Counted from the first letter of the stretch, positions 1-14,108 are shown. The stretch is DNA of 64,000 nt from Octopus vulgaris (GCA_951406725.2 OX597828.1:18786001-18850000); one strand, 5' to 3'. Translations and numbers: made by a program. Notes: generated by a model from the letters alone, not told the origin.

Positions 1-540
1 TCTTGTAGTGTTCAATGCATTTTTCATTAATTGAGTAACCGAACGCCACGCATCCCAACTGTTATATATATATCTCTGTAATAATTAATAATGCATGGAT
101 GAAATTTCTATATATTTTAATGCATCGCTACGCGCGTTTCCACAAATCACATGTTCCTTACGAGCATAGTCCGTATTCCTGGGCTGATTACAGTACATTC
201 CGTTGTATCCATGGACAAGACATAAATAATGGTCATTCCATATTTCTTTATTGTAATAAACTTGACTTACAGTTGTTTCCTGTAGTCATTATAGGTTCAT
301 TATTGAGAGGTTTACTCATTCGGTCCATTGATCGGTTGACAAACATTGAACGACATAAAGAATTAATGTTACTTTCCTCAAAGTCATTTCTGTGTGTGTG
401 TGTGTGTGTGTGTGTTTATATATAGGTGTTCCTTCGGTGTTGGGCTAGAGTGTCGGTGTGAGGTGACGACGTTATTCGCCCTCTTTTTAAGAGTAGCTTT
501 TTTTTATGTCATCAGACGTCGTCTACCACTACCGAGAGTT

Positions 541-577
<37 letters not shown>

Positions 578-721
578 AAAAATTATATAGAAAAATACAA
601 AATGGGACAAGAACGCAAAACACACAAAGAGACGACACAAAAAACGGACGGGTCATTCGAAGCCTCTAATCTTCAGTCAGGAACCGGATCATCCTAGCAA
701 TTTCGGCTGATATATATATAT

Positions 722-915
722 AGGGAGAATTCACAAAAAAAAAAAACAAAGGACGAAGACAGGTGGTGTAGACAACAAACAGATGTATTAGTTTAACGGT
801 CGGGAAGTGAAAAAGTCTTTAACGTTTCGAGCCTACGCTCTTCCACAGAAAGGAACAGAGAGAGAAACAAGGAGAGAAAATAAACAATGTGTAGTGGCTA
901 GCGATCTATCATTGC
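722..915 (-). mobile_element. Short Penelope-like (pLTR-type) repeat with hammerhead-like motif, family H2
   Basis: Minus strand 853-816 reads CCTTT-CTGTGGA-A-GAGC-GTAG-GCTC-GAAA-CGTT-AAAGA. Related copies at about 3560-3775, 4205-4390, 45225-45425 and partial 19690-19755; all abut (TA)n tracts. Confidence 0.6.
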
Positions 916-927
916 ATATATATATAT

Positions 928-1294
928 ATGGAAGCACTCCGTCGGTTACGACGACGAGGGTTCCGGTTGATCCGAATCAATGGAACAGCCTGCTCGTGAA
1001 ATTAATGTGTAAGTGGCTGAGCACTCCACAGACACGTGTACCCTTAACGTAGTTCTCGGGAATATTCAGCGTGACACAGAGAGTGACAAGGCCGGTCCTT
1101 TGAAATACAGGTACAACAGAAACAGGAAGTAAGAGTGAGAGAAAGTTGTGGTGAAAGAGTACAGCAGGGATCACCACCATCCCTGCCGGAGCATCGTGGA
1201 GCTTTAGGTGTTTTCGCTCAATAAACACTCACAACGCCCGGTCTGGGAATCGAAACCGCGAGTCCGCTGCCCTAACCACTGGGCCATTGCGCCT

Positions 1295-1297
<3 letters not shown>
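928..1297 (-). mobile_element. tRNA-derived SINE, family B (full length)
   Basis: Minus-strand head TGGAGGCGCAATGGCCCAGTGGTTAGGGCAGCGGACTCGCGGTTTCGATTCCC with Pol III A/B boxes; near-identical copy at 14826-15177. Confidence 0.85.
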
Positions 1298-1368
<71 letters not shown>

Positions 1369-1531
1369 AGGTGGAGGAGTGCATTTATTTATGTATAATA
1401 TTTCAAATTCTCAAAAGAAAAGATTTTATCTAAAATAGAATTATTTCAAACGAAACAACCCCGATTGATTTTGTATGTCTAAATATAATTTGTTACGTCC
1501 CATATCTAAATGGATATGTGTTCAAATGAAA

Positions 1532-1534
<3 letters not shown>

Positions 1535-1583
<49 letters not shown>

Positions 1584-2044
1584 AGAATGGCGAGAGGTGG
1601 GGGGGGGGAATGGATAAAGCTGAAAGAGAGAGTATTGATAAATGGAGAAAGGTAAGGGGCAGATCGATACAGCGATTGAAGTGGGAGAGACGAAAGGCAA
1701 ATACAGTAAAAGATAGACGTGGGGGGGGGGGCAGAAAGCCGAGCGGACGGAGATATGGAAGGACGGATGGATGAAAAAAGGCGACATAGATAGATACATA
1801 GATGCATAGATGAAGGATGGGGGCAGACAGGAATGAAGACTAACAATATAGGGAATAAGAGATGGGGAAAGACAAGGGGAAGATCGATAGATGGGATAGA
1901 TGGCAGAAGATACGTAGAAAGACAGTCTGACGGATAGACAGACGGGTAGACAGACAGGCAAAAAGACAGACGGACAGGCAGACAGATAGACAAATGAATA
2001 GATAGACAGACAGACAAATGGATAGATAGATAGATAGACAAATG

Positions 2045-2100
<56 letters not shown>

Positions 2101-2319
2101 CATAGATAGATAGATAGATAGATAGACAGAAAGTAGCAGACAGGCAGAGGGACAGACAGACAGACAGACAGACAGACACAGGCAGACAGACAAACAGACA
2201 TACAGACAGAGAGAAAAAAACGCAGACAGAAAGACGCAGAGAGACAGACAAATGGACAGACAGACAGAGAAACAGACAGACAGACAGACAGATAGATAGA
2301 CAGACAGACAGAAAGACGC

Positions 2320-2356
<37 letters not shown>

Positions 2357-2495
2357 GGCAGACAGACAAACAGACATACAGACAGAGAGAAAAAAACGCA
2401 GACAGAAAGACGCAGAAAGACAGACAAATGGACAGACAGACAGAGAAACAGACAGACAGACAGACAGATAGATAGACAGACAGACAGAAAGACGC

Positions 2496-2526
<31 letters not shown>

Positions 2527-2547
2527 TAGACAAATGAATAGATAGAC

Positions 2548-2615
<68 letters not shown>
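1535..2615. repeat. Compound (AGAT)n/(AGAC)n microsatellite array with an internal ~180-bp duplication
   Basis: Read directly; the block GGCAGACAGACAAACAGACATACAGACAGAGAGAAAAAAACGCAGAC... occurs at ~2181 and ~2357. Source of the 385/287/268-aa spurious ORFs. Confidence 0.95.
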
Positions 2616-2947
2616 GCAGAGAGGCGAGAGAATGAGACAGATTCATTCATTCATTCATAAGTCGAGCCAGCTTGATGTAGCGAATAAACTAGGGAGTTAA
2701 GTAGGACAACGAAAAAATAAAAAATAATAATAATAAATAAACAGAACAAAATAACAAAAACATAAGAGCTGCTTCTCGGATAAGATAAATCAATGATTGT
2801 TGTTAGGAATAAGTAGGGTGAATGGGGAATAGAAGGAAGATGCTGTCTAACCCAGCCCCTTTTATAAAAGGGGGAAAACAAAAAAGGTGAACGCAGTGGA
2901 AGCGGGAACAAACGGCTCTTGAGTGCATGCAATGGATACAATATATG

Positions 2948-2996
<49 letters not shown>

Positions 2997-3097
2997 TTGT
3001 AACACATTCTCGTGTATCTACAACGGCTTTTCATGTAGCAAAGTGAGTCGTTAACGCATTAATGTGGTAAATACAATAACTTTAATTAATCGACATT

Positions 3098-3224
3098 GTA
3101 TGTATGTGCATATATATATATGCATATATATATGTGCATATATATATGTATATATATATGTATATATATATATGTGTGTGCATATATATATGTGCATATA
3201 TATATATGTATATATATATATTCA

Positions 3225-3266
<42 letters not shown>

Positions 3267-3282
3267 TATATATGTATATATA

Positions 3283-3313
<31 letters not shown>

Positions 3314-3364
3314 GCATATATATGTATATATATTTATGTACATATATATATATATATATATTTA

Positions 3365-3402
<38 letters not shown>

Positions 3403-3578
3403 ATATATACATATATATATACATACAAATATATAAATATAATATAATATATATATATATATACAAACAGACAATTACATACATATATATATATATATAT
3501 GTGTGTATATATATACACACACTCATTCAAACATATATACATCCATATACATGCGCGCGCGCACACACACACACACAC
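3098..3578. repeat. (TA)n-derived compound microsatellite
   Basis: Read directly. Confidence 0.95.
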
Positions 3579-3771
3579 GTTAATCCTGACAGGTTTTTTT
3601 TTTATTTCCGTTTTCTTTCCTCTCTCCATTGTTTTCTTCCCTCGTTTCTTTTTTCACGAAGGCCATAGACCAATAGACTCGAAACGTCAAAGACACTTCC
3701 ATTTTTCTTGAGCGTCAAACTGATACAACTTGCTTGTTGGTCCCTTCACCTGACTTTGTCTTCTGGTTTTT

Positions 3772-3816
<45 letters not shown>

Positions 3817-3970
3817 TTTAAATGTTGAAATGAATCTAACGGTTTTGTGTGTTTCTTAAATGGCTTATAAACACCTTCCACGCTGCAATTGCTTTCGTTC
3901 CAGTACACGATCTCAGATCAAGTCACTCGCTATGCAAGTACATCTCCGTAATATATATATATATATATAT

Positions 3971-4143
3971 GGTGGCTGCCCCCTCGTTATCGAGTATGGC
4001 CATTGCACGAAGCTTAATCAATGTTGTTATCGTGCAATGCCTGTGCAAGAAGATTTTTTTTAAGTGAGGAAAGGCTGTGCACTGAGTCAATCCCACTCAC
4101 TAAGCAACAGCAGCCATAATCCGAAAAGAAGAACAAGTCAACA

Positions 4144-4150
<7 letters not shown>
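3971..4150 (+). mobile_element. Fragment resembling an RTE-clade LINE 5' UTR
   Basis: TTTAAGTGAGGAAAGGCTGTGCAC...CACTCACT resembles RTE 5'-end motifs recalled from memory (not aligned); bounded by (TA)n tracts; contains a 10-bp stem CATTGCACGA/TCGTGCAATG. Confidence 0.35.
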
Positions 4151-4196
<46 letters not shown>

Positions 4197-4204
4197 AGAT
4201 AATT

Positions 4205-4390
4205 CGCCATGATAGATAGCTAGCCACAAAACTTTTTCTATTTTCTCTCCCTGTTTATTTCTATGTTCCTTTGTGTCGAAGAGCGTAGGCTCGAAACGTA
4301 AAAGACTTTCTCACTTCCCGAGTGTTAAACTAATACATCTGTCTTCGTCTTTTGTTTGTTTTTTGGGGTTTTTTTCGTAAATTCTCACTG
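4205..4390 (+). mobile_element. Family H2 hammerhead-like repeat copy
   Basis: 4268-4305 CCTTT-GTGTCGA-A-GAGC-GTAG-GCTC-GAAA-CGTA-AAAGA; homologous to 722-915. Confidence 0.6.
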
Positions 4391-4410
4391 TGTGTGTGGG
4401 GGGGGGGGGT

Positions 4411-4994
4411 TCAAAAGATGACGCAGTTACGTAGAATGTTGACCAGGCATCTATGTGAAAATATGGACAAGATTTTCTCCGGATTACTGGCTGGTACCCA
4501 TACATGAAAATTTCTCCTTTCATCGAAAAGAGAAAAAAAAACCACCGATTGAGGTTCGGTACTGCTTGGCAGCAGTGTGTTCGCTGAGGTTGCTTGTTCG
4601 CAGCAGAAAGAGCATCCTGCCCGACTCTCAAACAATTCTGCCATCGCAGTTGCGTAGCTGGATGGGGAATGAGGGCGAAGATTGGTCCGCCTCGGGCGAT
4701 GTTTTCACGGAGACGGCGACACTTTTGGAACTGCAGTATAATCTTGTATACGGAGTGGAAAGCAGAGAACTCACGGGCTGTCCAGGACAGTAAAAGGTCT
4801 AGCTATGCTACTGCGCCAGTCCACCGCTCAGGATATCGAGTGACTCGCCTTTCTGTTTGTGTATGTGTGTACGTGCGAGTGGAGAGAGAAACAGCACCGG
4901 CTTTGGTGTTGGAACACTGCTCCACTGACACTCATCTGGACTTCGTTGAGGTTTGGTGGATGAGGGAAGCTGATGTATTTATTTTCTGGACCTG
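4411..4994 (-). other. Unique GC/CpG-rich segment, candidate exon of an unidentified transcript
   Basis: Non-repetitive and GC-rich relative to its flanks; minus-strand acceptor-like TTTCACATTCAG|G at 4992/4991; no recognisable protein motif in any frame. Confidence 0.25.
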
Positions 4995-5007
4995 AATGTG
5001 AAAGCCT

Positions 5008-5722
5008 GTATGTATGTATGCATTCATTTATGTATGTATGTATGTATGTATGTATGTATGTATGTATGTATGTATGTATGTATGTATGTATGTATGTATG
5101 TATGTATGTATGTATGTATGTATGCATTCATTTATGTATGTATGCATTCATTTATGTATGTATGTATGTATGCATTCATTTATGTATGTATGCATGCATG
5201 CATGTATGTGTGTGTGTATGTATGTATGTATGCATTCATTTATGTATGTATGCATTCATTTATGTATGTATGTATGCATGTATGTATGCATGTATGTATG
5301 CATATATGCATGTATGCATGTATGTATGTATGCATTCATTTATGTATGTATGTATGTATGTATGCATGCATGCATGCATGTGTGTATGTATGTATGCATT
5401 CATTTATGTATGTATGTATGTATGTATGTATGTATGTATGCATTCATTTATGTATGTGTGTATGTATGCATTCATGTATGTATGTATGTAGGCATGTATG
5501 TATAAATGCATGCATGTATATATGTATTCATGTAGGCATGCATGCATGCACGAATGAATGAATACATACATGTACGTGTGCATGTATGTATATGTGTACA
5601 TGTTTGTATGTAACTTATGAATGCATGTATGTTCATGTCCGTGTATGCAAATGTATGTATTGATAAATGAATGTTTGTACGTGTGCATATATGCACACTT
5701 TTGCATGTATGTATGTATGTAT
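5008..5722. repeat. (TATG)n satellite with recurring CATTCATTTA interruption
   Basis: Read directly. Confidence 0.95.
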
Positions 5723-5914
5723 ACAACTCTTTGCTGTGCTAGGTGTTTGCTCGCCCAGAGAAATCTTTAGTGATGGTCAGATTGGGCATTTGAGATTTCT
5801 AGCATGCTGCTCGTGTTTAGAATGAAAGCGCGCGCGCGTGTGTGTGTGTGTGTGTGTGTGTGCGTGCGTGTGTCTGTGCGTGTGTCTGTGTGTGTCTGTG
5901 TGTGTGTCTGTGTG

Positions 5915-5958
<44 letters not shown>

Positions 5959-6244
5959 AGAGAGACGATAAGTTGTGGTTTCAGAGAGATTTAACTACTA
6001 TTTCTAACATCTCAAACGATCAGTAGTAGACTCGCAACATGGATTATGGTAATCGGAGTAAAACCACAGCGGAGACAGCCAAGTCAAAACAAAAAAAAAA
6101 AAAAAAAAACACACACACACAAGAAAAGAATTAAAAGCACTATCGGAGCGCAAATGTTGTTTGTTCCTCTACACTTATTATTAAGCAGTATGCCTGTGCA
6201 TATTTCTACAAGTTTTATTGGCGGTGTGCATCACTGCACTCGTT

Positions 6245-6500
6245 ATTGGTCACGTGCAGTTTAATGCATGGCAGTCCACATTGCGAAAGGGAGGCAGAGT
6301 TACCAATCAATTATCTTTGGGAAAGGCAACAAAAAAAAAAAAAAAATAAATAAATAAATAAATAAAACAATAGAAAAACAAACATACAAACAAAACCACC
6401 ACATCGCCCACCGGCTATACTACAATATCACGTGACCCTAGAAACATGGAGTCTTAATGCAGAATCAAAGGGAAAAACGTATTGATGGCTCTATTGACGT
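6245..6500. promoter_or_regulatory. Candidate promoter motif cluster (CCAAT boxes, E-boxes, CRE half-site)
   Basis: ATTGGTCACGTG 6245-6256, CCAAT 6303-6307, TCACGTGAC 6428-6436 and TGACGT 6495-6500 in unique CpG-retaining DNA. Confidence 0.3.
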
Positions 6501-6706
6501 ATTTTTTTTTTATATCTCATTTCCCACCCTTTGTTTAACTTTAATCCTTTTATCTTCCTTCTTTCTTTTATGTAAATTACATCTATTATTGATATTGTTA
6601 TCCAAACAATATAAATGAACCTTATATCTTATGCTGTAAAATATCACAATTTCACGGGGTATATGCTTTGTTTTATATTTTTTCGTAGCTGTTGTAAGGG
6701 AGTGTT

Positions 6707-6773
<67 letters not shown>

Positions 6774-7034
6774 GTATAGTAAAGTACACCAACGTTTATA
6801 TAGGAAAAGTGTGCTGCACTATATATCGTCAATATCCATGATTGATTCCTAGAAATAAAAGTGATCTTATTTTATTAGATATTCTGATTTATACAATATT
6901 CAAAATAGCCACAGAAAAAAGCCGATCCTCTTTTCTTCCAGTGTCTCTAAGTCCAGAAGTTATTCATTCTGCAGTAATTAGCAATGTTAATTCTTATGAC
7001 TTTATAAATCAATGCCATCAAAGAGCTCGACCAT

Positions 7035-7397
<363 letters not shown>

Positions 7398-7495
7398 GTA
7401 CATATGGAAAAATACGCTTTTCGTTATTTAAACATGATATAAATCTTATATTAAAACTATGACGAGATGATGGTAAACTGTGTCAAGCAGAAAAC

Positions 7496-7531
<36 letters not shown>

Positions 7532-8769
7532 GCACACATATATACAACAAAATATCCGGCAATGCAAGCAATCAGATCTTACAGAATTTTTATTAGTTTT
7601 TCATTACCGTTCAGTGAATTTTAAAATATTGCTATTTATTTGTTTATTTATTTATCTATTTGTTTTTGTCACCAATCACTAAGATCGAGAAGAAGACGAT
7701 TCTAGATGAAGAAACTGTGCAACAATTCAGATGTACACATAAGACATTTGATGACATAGTTTTTTGGGCTTGCTGGTTACTTTTTGCGGGTGGGTGGGTG
7801 GGAGGTTGAGGTTTTTTTGGGTTTTTTTTTTTTTCTTAAAACAATTCCCACATTTCAAATATTGACAGAAATAAATGATGAATAGAAGAAGAAGAAGAAG
7901 AAGAAGAAGAAGAAGAAGAAGAAGAAGAAGAAGAAATGCTACTACCTGCATTATTTGTAATAGAAAAAAATGTGATAGATTTACAAGAATAACATTAAAC
8001 GTGTTTGTATGTTTGTGCATGCGTGAATGTTTAATGTATGAACGCGCGCGTGCCTCTGTGTGTGTGTGTGTGTGTGTTTATGTGTTTATATATACTACAT
8101 TCAGAGTTGGAAAAACATTTGGTGAAAACAATGTAAAAATCACACAATGTAGAAATTTTTAAAACTATTCAAAATATCCAGAGCTAAGATAAGAAGCTCA
8201 CGGCTTTTCTTTCTAATTGCCTTGGAATAACTGAATTAAATTTTTACGTCTTTTTAATCTTTTCTTTCGTTCAATTGCAATTTTTGTTCGTTGTTGCTTT
8301 CATCTACGAAAGATTTGCAGACGCCTAAGGGATATAAAACAAATATTGCAATCATTTTATTTATTTTTCTAACCCGCCTTAAACAAATACAATTGCTAAT
8401 GAAGTGAGATGTAGAAACTGAATCTATAATAAACTCCATTGTATATCTGATAGACTCACAATTAACATATAATGATGTCTAAGATGAAAATTATTAGCGT
8501 TTCGTTCGACATTGAATATCATCTGTTGCATTTAGTTAGGAAAAATTTGCATTTTTGCGTTGAATAATTCAACCGAAGACTGCACGATTTATTAAGATTC
8601 CCTTTGTGAAATATGCAGTTGGAAGCATGTTGGAGATTTTTGCACTTGGGCGAAAACTTATGGCAACAGAGAAGAGAGATTGGGGAGAGTTAGTTAAGAA
8701 AATTTAGCAATGGATAGACTTGAACTGGAAACACGATTACAAAAAGTAGGTTACAAAAACTGTTTCGAA

Positions 8770-9335
8770 TTTGGATGGGAGAAAGCTGATTGCATTGACC
8801 ACTGTACTTGACTTGCATTTATTTTATCGCAACCCCGAAAGGATAGAAAGCAGAGTATACCCCGGCAAAATTTGAACTCAACGAAAAGAGCAGGAAAAAA
8901 AATAATACCGCTAAGCATTTTTCCCCACGGGTTAACGATTCTGCGAGCTAGCTACGTGAATGATAATAATTCTCTCAAATTTTGGTACAAGGCCATCCAT
9001 TTGAGAGGTGGGGGAAGTCGATAATATCGAACCCCACCCAGTCTACAACTGGTATTTATTTTATTGACTCCAAGAGTATGAAAGCCTAAATCAAGCTATA
9101 TTTGAACTCAGAACGTAAAAACGGAAGAAATACCTACCGCTGAGCATTTTGTCTGAAGCGCTAACGATTCTGCCAGCTTACCGCCTTTCTACTATTGGCA
9201 CAAGGCCTAGAATTTGGCGGTGAATAGCCTAGTCGATTGCATCGATCCCAGTGTTTGAGCTCAGAACATAAGGCCGAAGAAATGCCGCTAAGCACTTTGT
9301 TCGGCGTACTAACGATTCTGCCAGCACACCGCCTT
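8770..9335 (-). mobile_element. Cluster of degenerate family D SINE fragments
   Basis: Repeated GCTAACGATTCTGCCAGC and TTTGAACTCAGAAC motifs, the reverse complement of the family D head. Confidence 0.7.
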
Positions 9336-9375
9336 AATAATAATAATCATCATTATTAGTAGTAGTATTAGTAAG

Positions 9376-9770
9376 CCGGTATAATCGTTAGCACGCTGGA
9401 CGAAATGCTTAGCGGTATTTCGTCTGCCGTTACGTTCTGAGTTCAAATTCCGCCGAGGTCGACTTTGCCTTTCATCCTTTCGGGGTCGATAAATTAAGTA
9501 CCAGTCACGCACTGGGGGTCGATGTAATCGACTTAATCCGTTTGTCTGTCCTTGTTTTGTCCCCTCTGTGTTTAGCCCCTTGTGGGTAGTAAAAAAAAAA
9601 TAGGTATTTCGCCCGTCACTACGTTCAGAGTTCAAATTCCGCCGAGGTCGACTTTGCCTTTTATCCTTTCGGGGTCGATTAAAGTACCAGTTGAAAACTA
9701 GGGTTGATGTAATCGACTCATCCCCCTCCCCACACAAAATGCTGCCCTTGTGGCAAAATTTGAAACCATT
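9376..9770 (+). mobile_element. SINE family D (Nin/Deu-like central domain), two tandem units
   Basis: GAGTTCAAATTCC B-box followed by GTCGACTTTGCCTTTCATCCTTTCGGGGTCGATAAATTAAGTACCAG, which resembles the Deu/Nin SINE core; many copies in the window. Confidence 0.8.
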
Positions 9771-9848
9771 GTTATTATCATCATCAAACCTTTCGGACGT
9801 TAGGTCGATAATCGACAAGCCTTCCTGACTGACACGATCAGCTATTAC

Positions 9849-9893
<45 letters not shown>

Positions 9894-10929
9894 GAGCTGG
9901 TCATAAGGCAATATACGTTTGATATCAGGTTCATTTCACCCAAGTACGAAGATAAAGATAAAGCGGTTCTCTATTTATTATAGAATCGTATACATAGAAA
10001 GGGAACGGGATGGATAGGATAGGATAGGGTAATAAATAAATAAATAAATGAAATAAGAGGAAGAAAAGGCAAAGTCTGAATAGGGTCAGGCTCTAATCAA
10101 TAACTGTGTACTAATCTTTGATCTCTGTTGTATTATACACATCCAGTTAAACATTTTATTACACGGAGATTCACGGCGGACAACAAACAATAGCTTACAA
10201 CAGTTTCTTTTGTTAAACCCTTTTAGCATTCAACCTCCTCCATCTTTCTTTCCAGTTACTATGTTGTTTTTTTTTTTGTCCTTTATTAGTAGAGAGAACA
10301 CCATCGCAAATTAGTATTGATAAAGATAGAGACAGTTTGTCTTTATATAAGTGATAGCAGCATCCATAAATACCTGTCCATGCTATAATTAATTGATGAA
10401 AACAAGGTGGAGGTGGTATACCAAAAAAAAAAAAAAAGAAGAAGAAAAAGAAAAAAAAACACAAAAAAGTATAAAGTGTCAGACAAATTTTTAAAAAACT
10501 GTCTTACAAGTGTTTTAGTTTCGTTCGCTTAGGTTCTGAGTTCAAAAACACGTCGGGATCGACGGGTTCGAATTTTCTTTTTTTTTTCTTATTTCTTATT
10601 TTTTTTTTTTTTTTCCTGTTTTCAGGATCGATAAAATATGTGCTAATCACGTAGAGAAATCGATGACATTGATTACATTACCACTCCTAAAAAATGTGTG
10701 GTCTTGTGCCTATATTGAGAAAAAAAATCATACGGGTGTGGCAGACACTATAAAATACAAGGATCGATTGAACAGAACTGTTCTATGTCTGGCTTTCTGC
10801 CAATGAATATATGTCAGAGGGAAAGAGAGAGAAGCAGGCAGACAGACACACAGAAAGATGGAAAGTGCATGCGTATATGATGTCTCGTGTATGTATGTAT
10901 TGCACATGTGTGTATATACACATTTATCT

Positions 10930-11013
10930 ATCTATATATATACACCTACACACACACACATACACACATATATATATATACACCTACACACACATATATA
11001 TATATATATACCT

Positions 11014-11044
<31 letters not shown>

Positions 11045-11049
11045 CACCT

Positions 11050-11080
<31 letters not shown>

Positions 11081-11086
11081 CACCAC

Positions 11087-11121
<35 letters not shown>

Positions 11122-11495
11122 CACCTACACACACACACACGTATATATATATATACACCTACATACACACACACACACATATATATATATATACCTACAC
11201 ACACACACACATATATATATATATACACCTACACACACACACACACACATATATGTACACCTACACACACACACACACACATATATACACCTACACACAC
11301 ACACACACATATATACACCTACACACACACATATATGTATATATATATACACCTACACACACACACACACACAAATATATATATATATATATATAGACAG
11401 GCACATCTATATCCATACATGCATATCTATATTCATACATAAATACATACATATTTATATACATACATGCACACATTCATACACACACACACATA
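10930..11495. repeat. Minisatellite of CACCTA(CA)n(TA)n units
   Basis: Recurring ACACCTACACACAC...TATATAT units. Confidence 0.9.
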
Positions 11496-12189
11496 GTTTT
11501 ATATACTTTAGAAAATTACAGAAATTACATAGACTTGTGGTGGGAATCTACGCGAAGTTCGCCTCCACAATGTCACCTGTTTTGCGGATCAAATATATTG
11601 GTCAATAATATCGAACCAACTTTTTGATTGATACAGTATTTCTGCTCCCAAAAACTACTTTACAAACCGAAGAATGAAATGTCAAACTCAAGAAACCTCA
11701 GCCAGAATAGAGCTCCCAGAACAGCATGACGGAATCAGTTATTCTAATTCATTCAATGTGAAACTTTAAAGAAACGAAACACCTTTAGGTTTTATATTTT
11801 AGAAGCTGACGGTAAATACGAACAAATGTTTACATTAATTTCTTTCTAAAAGGCATTAATGAAAGAATATTGAAAAGAAATAAGAAATGAAACCGCATTG
11901 CTCTTGCCCTGCAGCTCCTTCAACACCTGTTCTTTTATAAGGCTTGCAATCAAGTTAAAATAAATATTATCTAATGATATAAGGAAAGTAATTATTTTTC
12001 ATCACCTTGGATCGTTGTTTCTTTGCACTCTTTATCAAATATCGTTCCTTGTACGCACTTGCCTCTCAACTAACTCATCGTCGCTATATATATATATATA
12101 TATATATATTGATTGATTGATTCTAGTTTCAGCTCACGAGCTGTGGCCATGCTGGGGCACCGCCATTTAAAAAAAGCACACACATACAC

Positions 12190-12280
12190 AATAATTATTA
12201 TTATTCAGGTCACTGCCTGGAATCGAACTCAGAATCTTGGGGTTACTAGCCCGCGTTCTTAAGCACTACGCCATATGTCT
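12190..12280 (-). mobile_element. tRNA-like head of the hammerhead-bearing element (family H1), head plus (AAT)n only
   Basis: Reverse complement of the 20072-20160 head. Confidence 0.75.
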
Positions 12281-12282
12281 AT

Positions 12283-12817
12283 ACTCTTTACTCTTTTACT
12301 TGAGTTATTTGACTGCGGCCATGCTGGAGTACTGCCTTTAGTCGAGCAAATCGACCCCAAGACTTATTCTTTGCAAGCCTAGTACTTATTCTATCGGTCT
12401 TATTTGCCGAACCGCTAGGTTACGGGAACGTAAACACACCAGCATCGGTTGTCAAGCGATGTTGGGGCGACAAACACAGACACACAAACATACACAAACA
12501 CACACACATTATATATATATATATATATATATACACAAACACACACACATTATATATATGTATATATATATATATACACAAACACACACACATTATATAT
12601 ATGTATATATATATACACAAACACACACACATTATATATATATATATATATATACGACGGGCTTCTTTCAGTTTCCGTCTAACAAATTCACTCACAAGGC
12701 TTTGGTCGGCCCGAGGCTATAGCAGAAGACACTTGCCCAAGGTACCACGCAGTGGGATTGAACCCTGAACCATGTGGTTGGTAAGCAAGCTACTTAACAC
12801 ACAGCCGCTCCTGTGCC
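12283..12817 (-). mobile_element. tRNA-derived SINE family A (full length, internal microsatellite)
   Basis: Head GGCACAGGAGCGGCTGTGTG...GGGTTCAATCCC, central (TA)/(TG) tract, tail GCATGGCCGCAGTCAAAT...AGTAAAAGAG. Confidence 0.9.
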
Positions 12818-13117
12818 TATTATATATTTGTGTGTGTGTATACAAAAGTGGAATAAGACCGTAACAGACGACAAAAAAGACATACGGACAGATAGACGAT
12901 ACAAAGACTGACAGGAAATGTGTATGTATGTGTATCAAAATGGTTGTGTGGTAAGAAGCTTTTTTCTCAACCACTACGTTTCCGGTTCAATCCCACTGCG
13001 TGACACCTTAGCCAAGTGTCTTTTACTATAGCTGCGAGTCGACTAATACTTTGTAAGTACATCTAGTGGACCGAAACTGAAAGAAGCCGGTCATATATAT
13101 TTGTGTGTATATATATT

Positions 13118-13340
13118 TCTTTACTACCCACAAAGGGCTAAACACAGAGGGGACAAACAAGAACAGACAAAGGGATTAAGTCGATTACATTGACCCCAGT
13201 GCGTAACTGGTACTTAATTTATCGACCCCGAAAGGATAAAAAGCAAAGTCGACCTCGGCGGAATTTGAACTTCGAACGTAACGACAGACGAAATACGGCA
13301 ACGCTTTCGCCCGGCGTGCTAACGTTTCTGCCAGCTCGTC
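13118..13340 (-). mobile_element. SINE family D
   Basis: Reverse complement of 9376-9600. Confidence 0.85.
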
Positions 13341-13988
13341 CTTTCCCACCGTTTGACAACTGTTTGTTTGTGTCCCCGTTAACAAAACACCGACTTAGCG
13401 GTTCATCAAGAGACCGATAAGTACCAGACTTTGAAAAATAAGTCGATTTGTTCGACTAAAACCCTTCAAGTTGGTATAATTTAAGAAACATTTGGCTGAT
13501 GTTTCTTGTCTGTCGAGAGGCCACGTAAAGTACTGCCTTCGTTTCATCCTTGCATGTGTGGGTGATGTCCCCGTGGAAACATACAAATGCGATTTCCGTT
13601 GTGTCGACAAATTACATAAATTCTAAGATTTGTAATAATTTCTAGATGATGAAAATTATGTAATCTTCGTCATAAGCAAGAAATACTACGTCAGAGTAGA
13701 ATATCTGAAACAAGATTGTGAAAATTTGGAAAAAAAATCCTGGTGGTTACAAAGAATTGAAAAAGATCCATACATTCTTGAAAATCGTATTTCTGCAAAA
13801 ATTTCGTTAAAAAATATACACTTTTCGGAAATTTTTGAGGAAACCATGCCAGGCGGGCCACTAATTTGTAGTTGCACACAATTTCATTCATAAATCTATA
13901 AATTTCTCCTCTGTAAACTTTCAAAGATTTTTTTTTTCTTTACTTATCGAATCAGCGATCAATTTGCAATTACTTATATATACATATA

Positions 13989-14108
<120 letters not shown>

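Noticed and set aside
1493-2650. Long ORFs of 385, 287 and 268 aa
   Set aside because: Translations of (TCTA)n/(TCTG)n microsatellite; stop-free only because of repeat composition.
3997-4043. Hairpin with CATTGCAC (miR-25/92 seed-like) as a microRNA
   Set aside because: Stem is only about 10-12 bp, the seed is on the 5' arm rather than the 3' arm, and it lies in a probable RTE-derived fragment.
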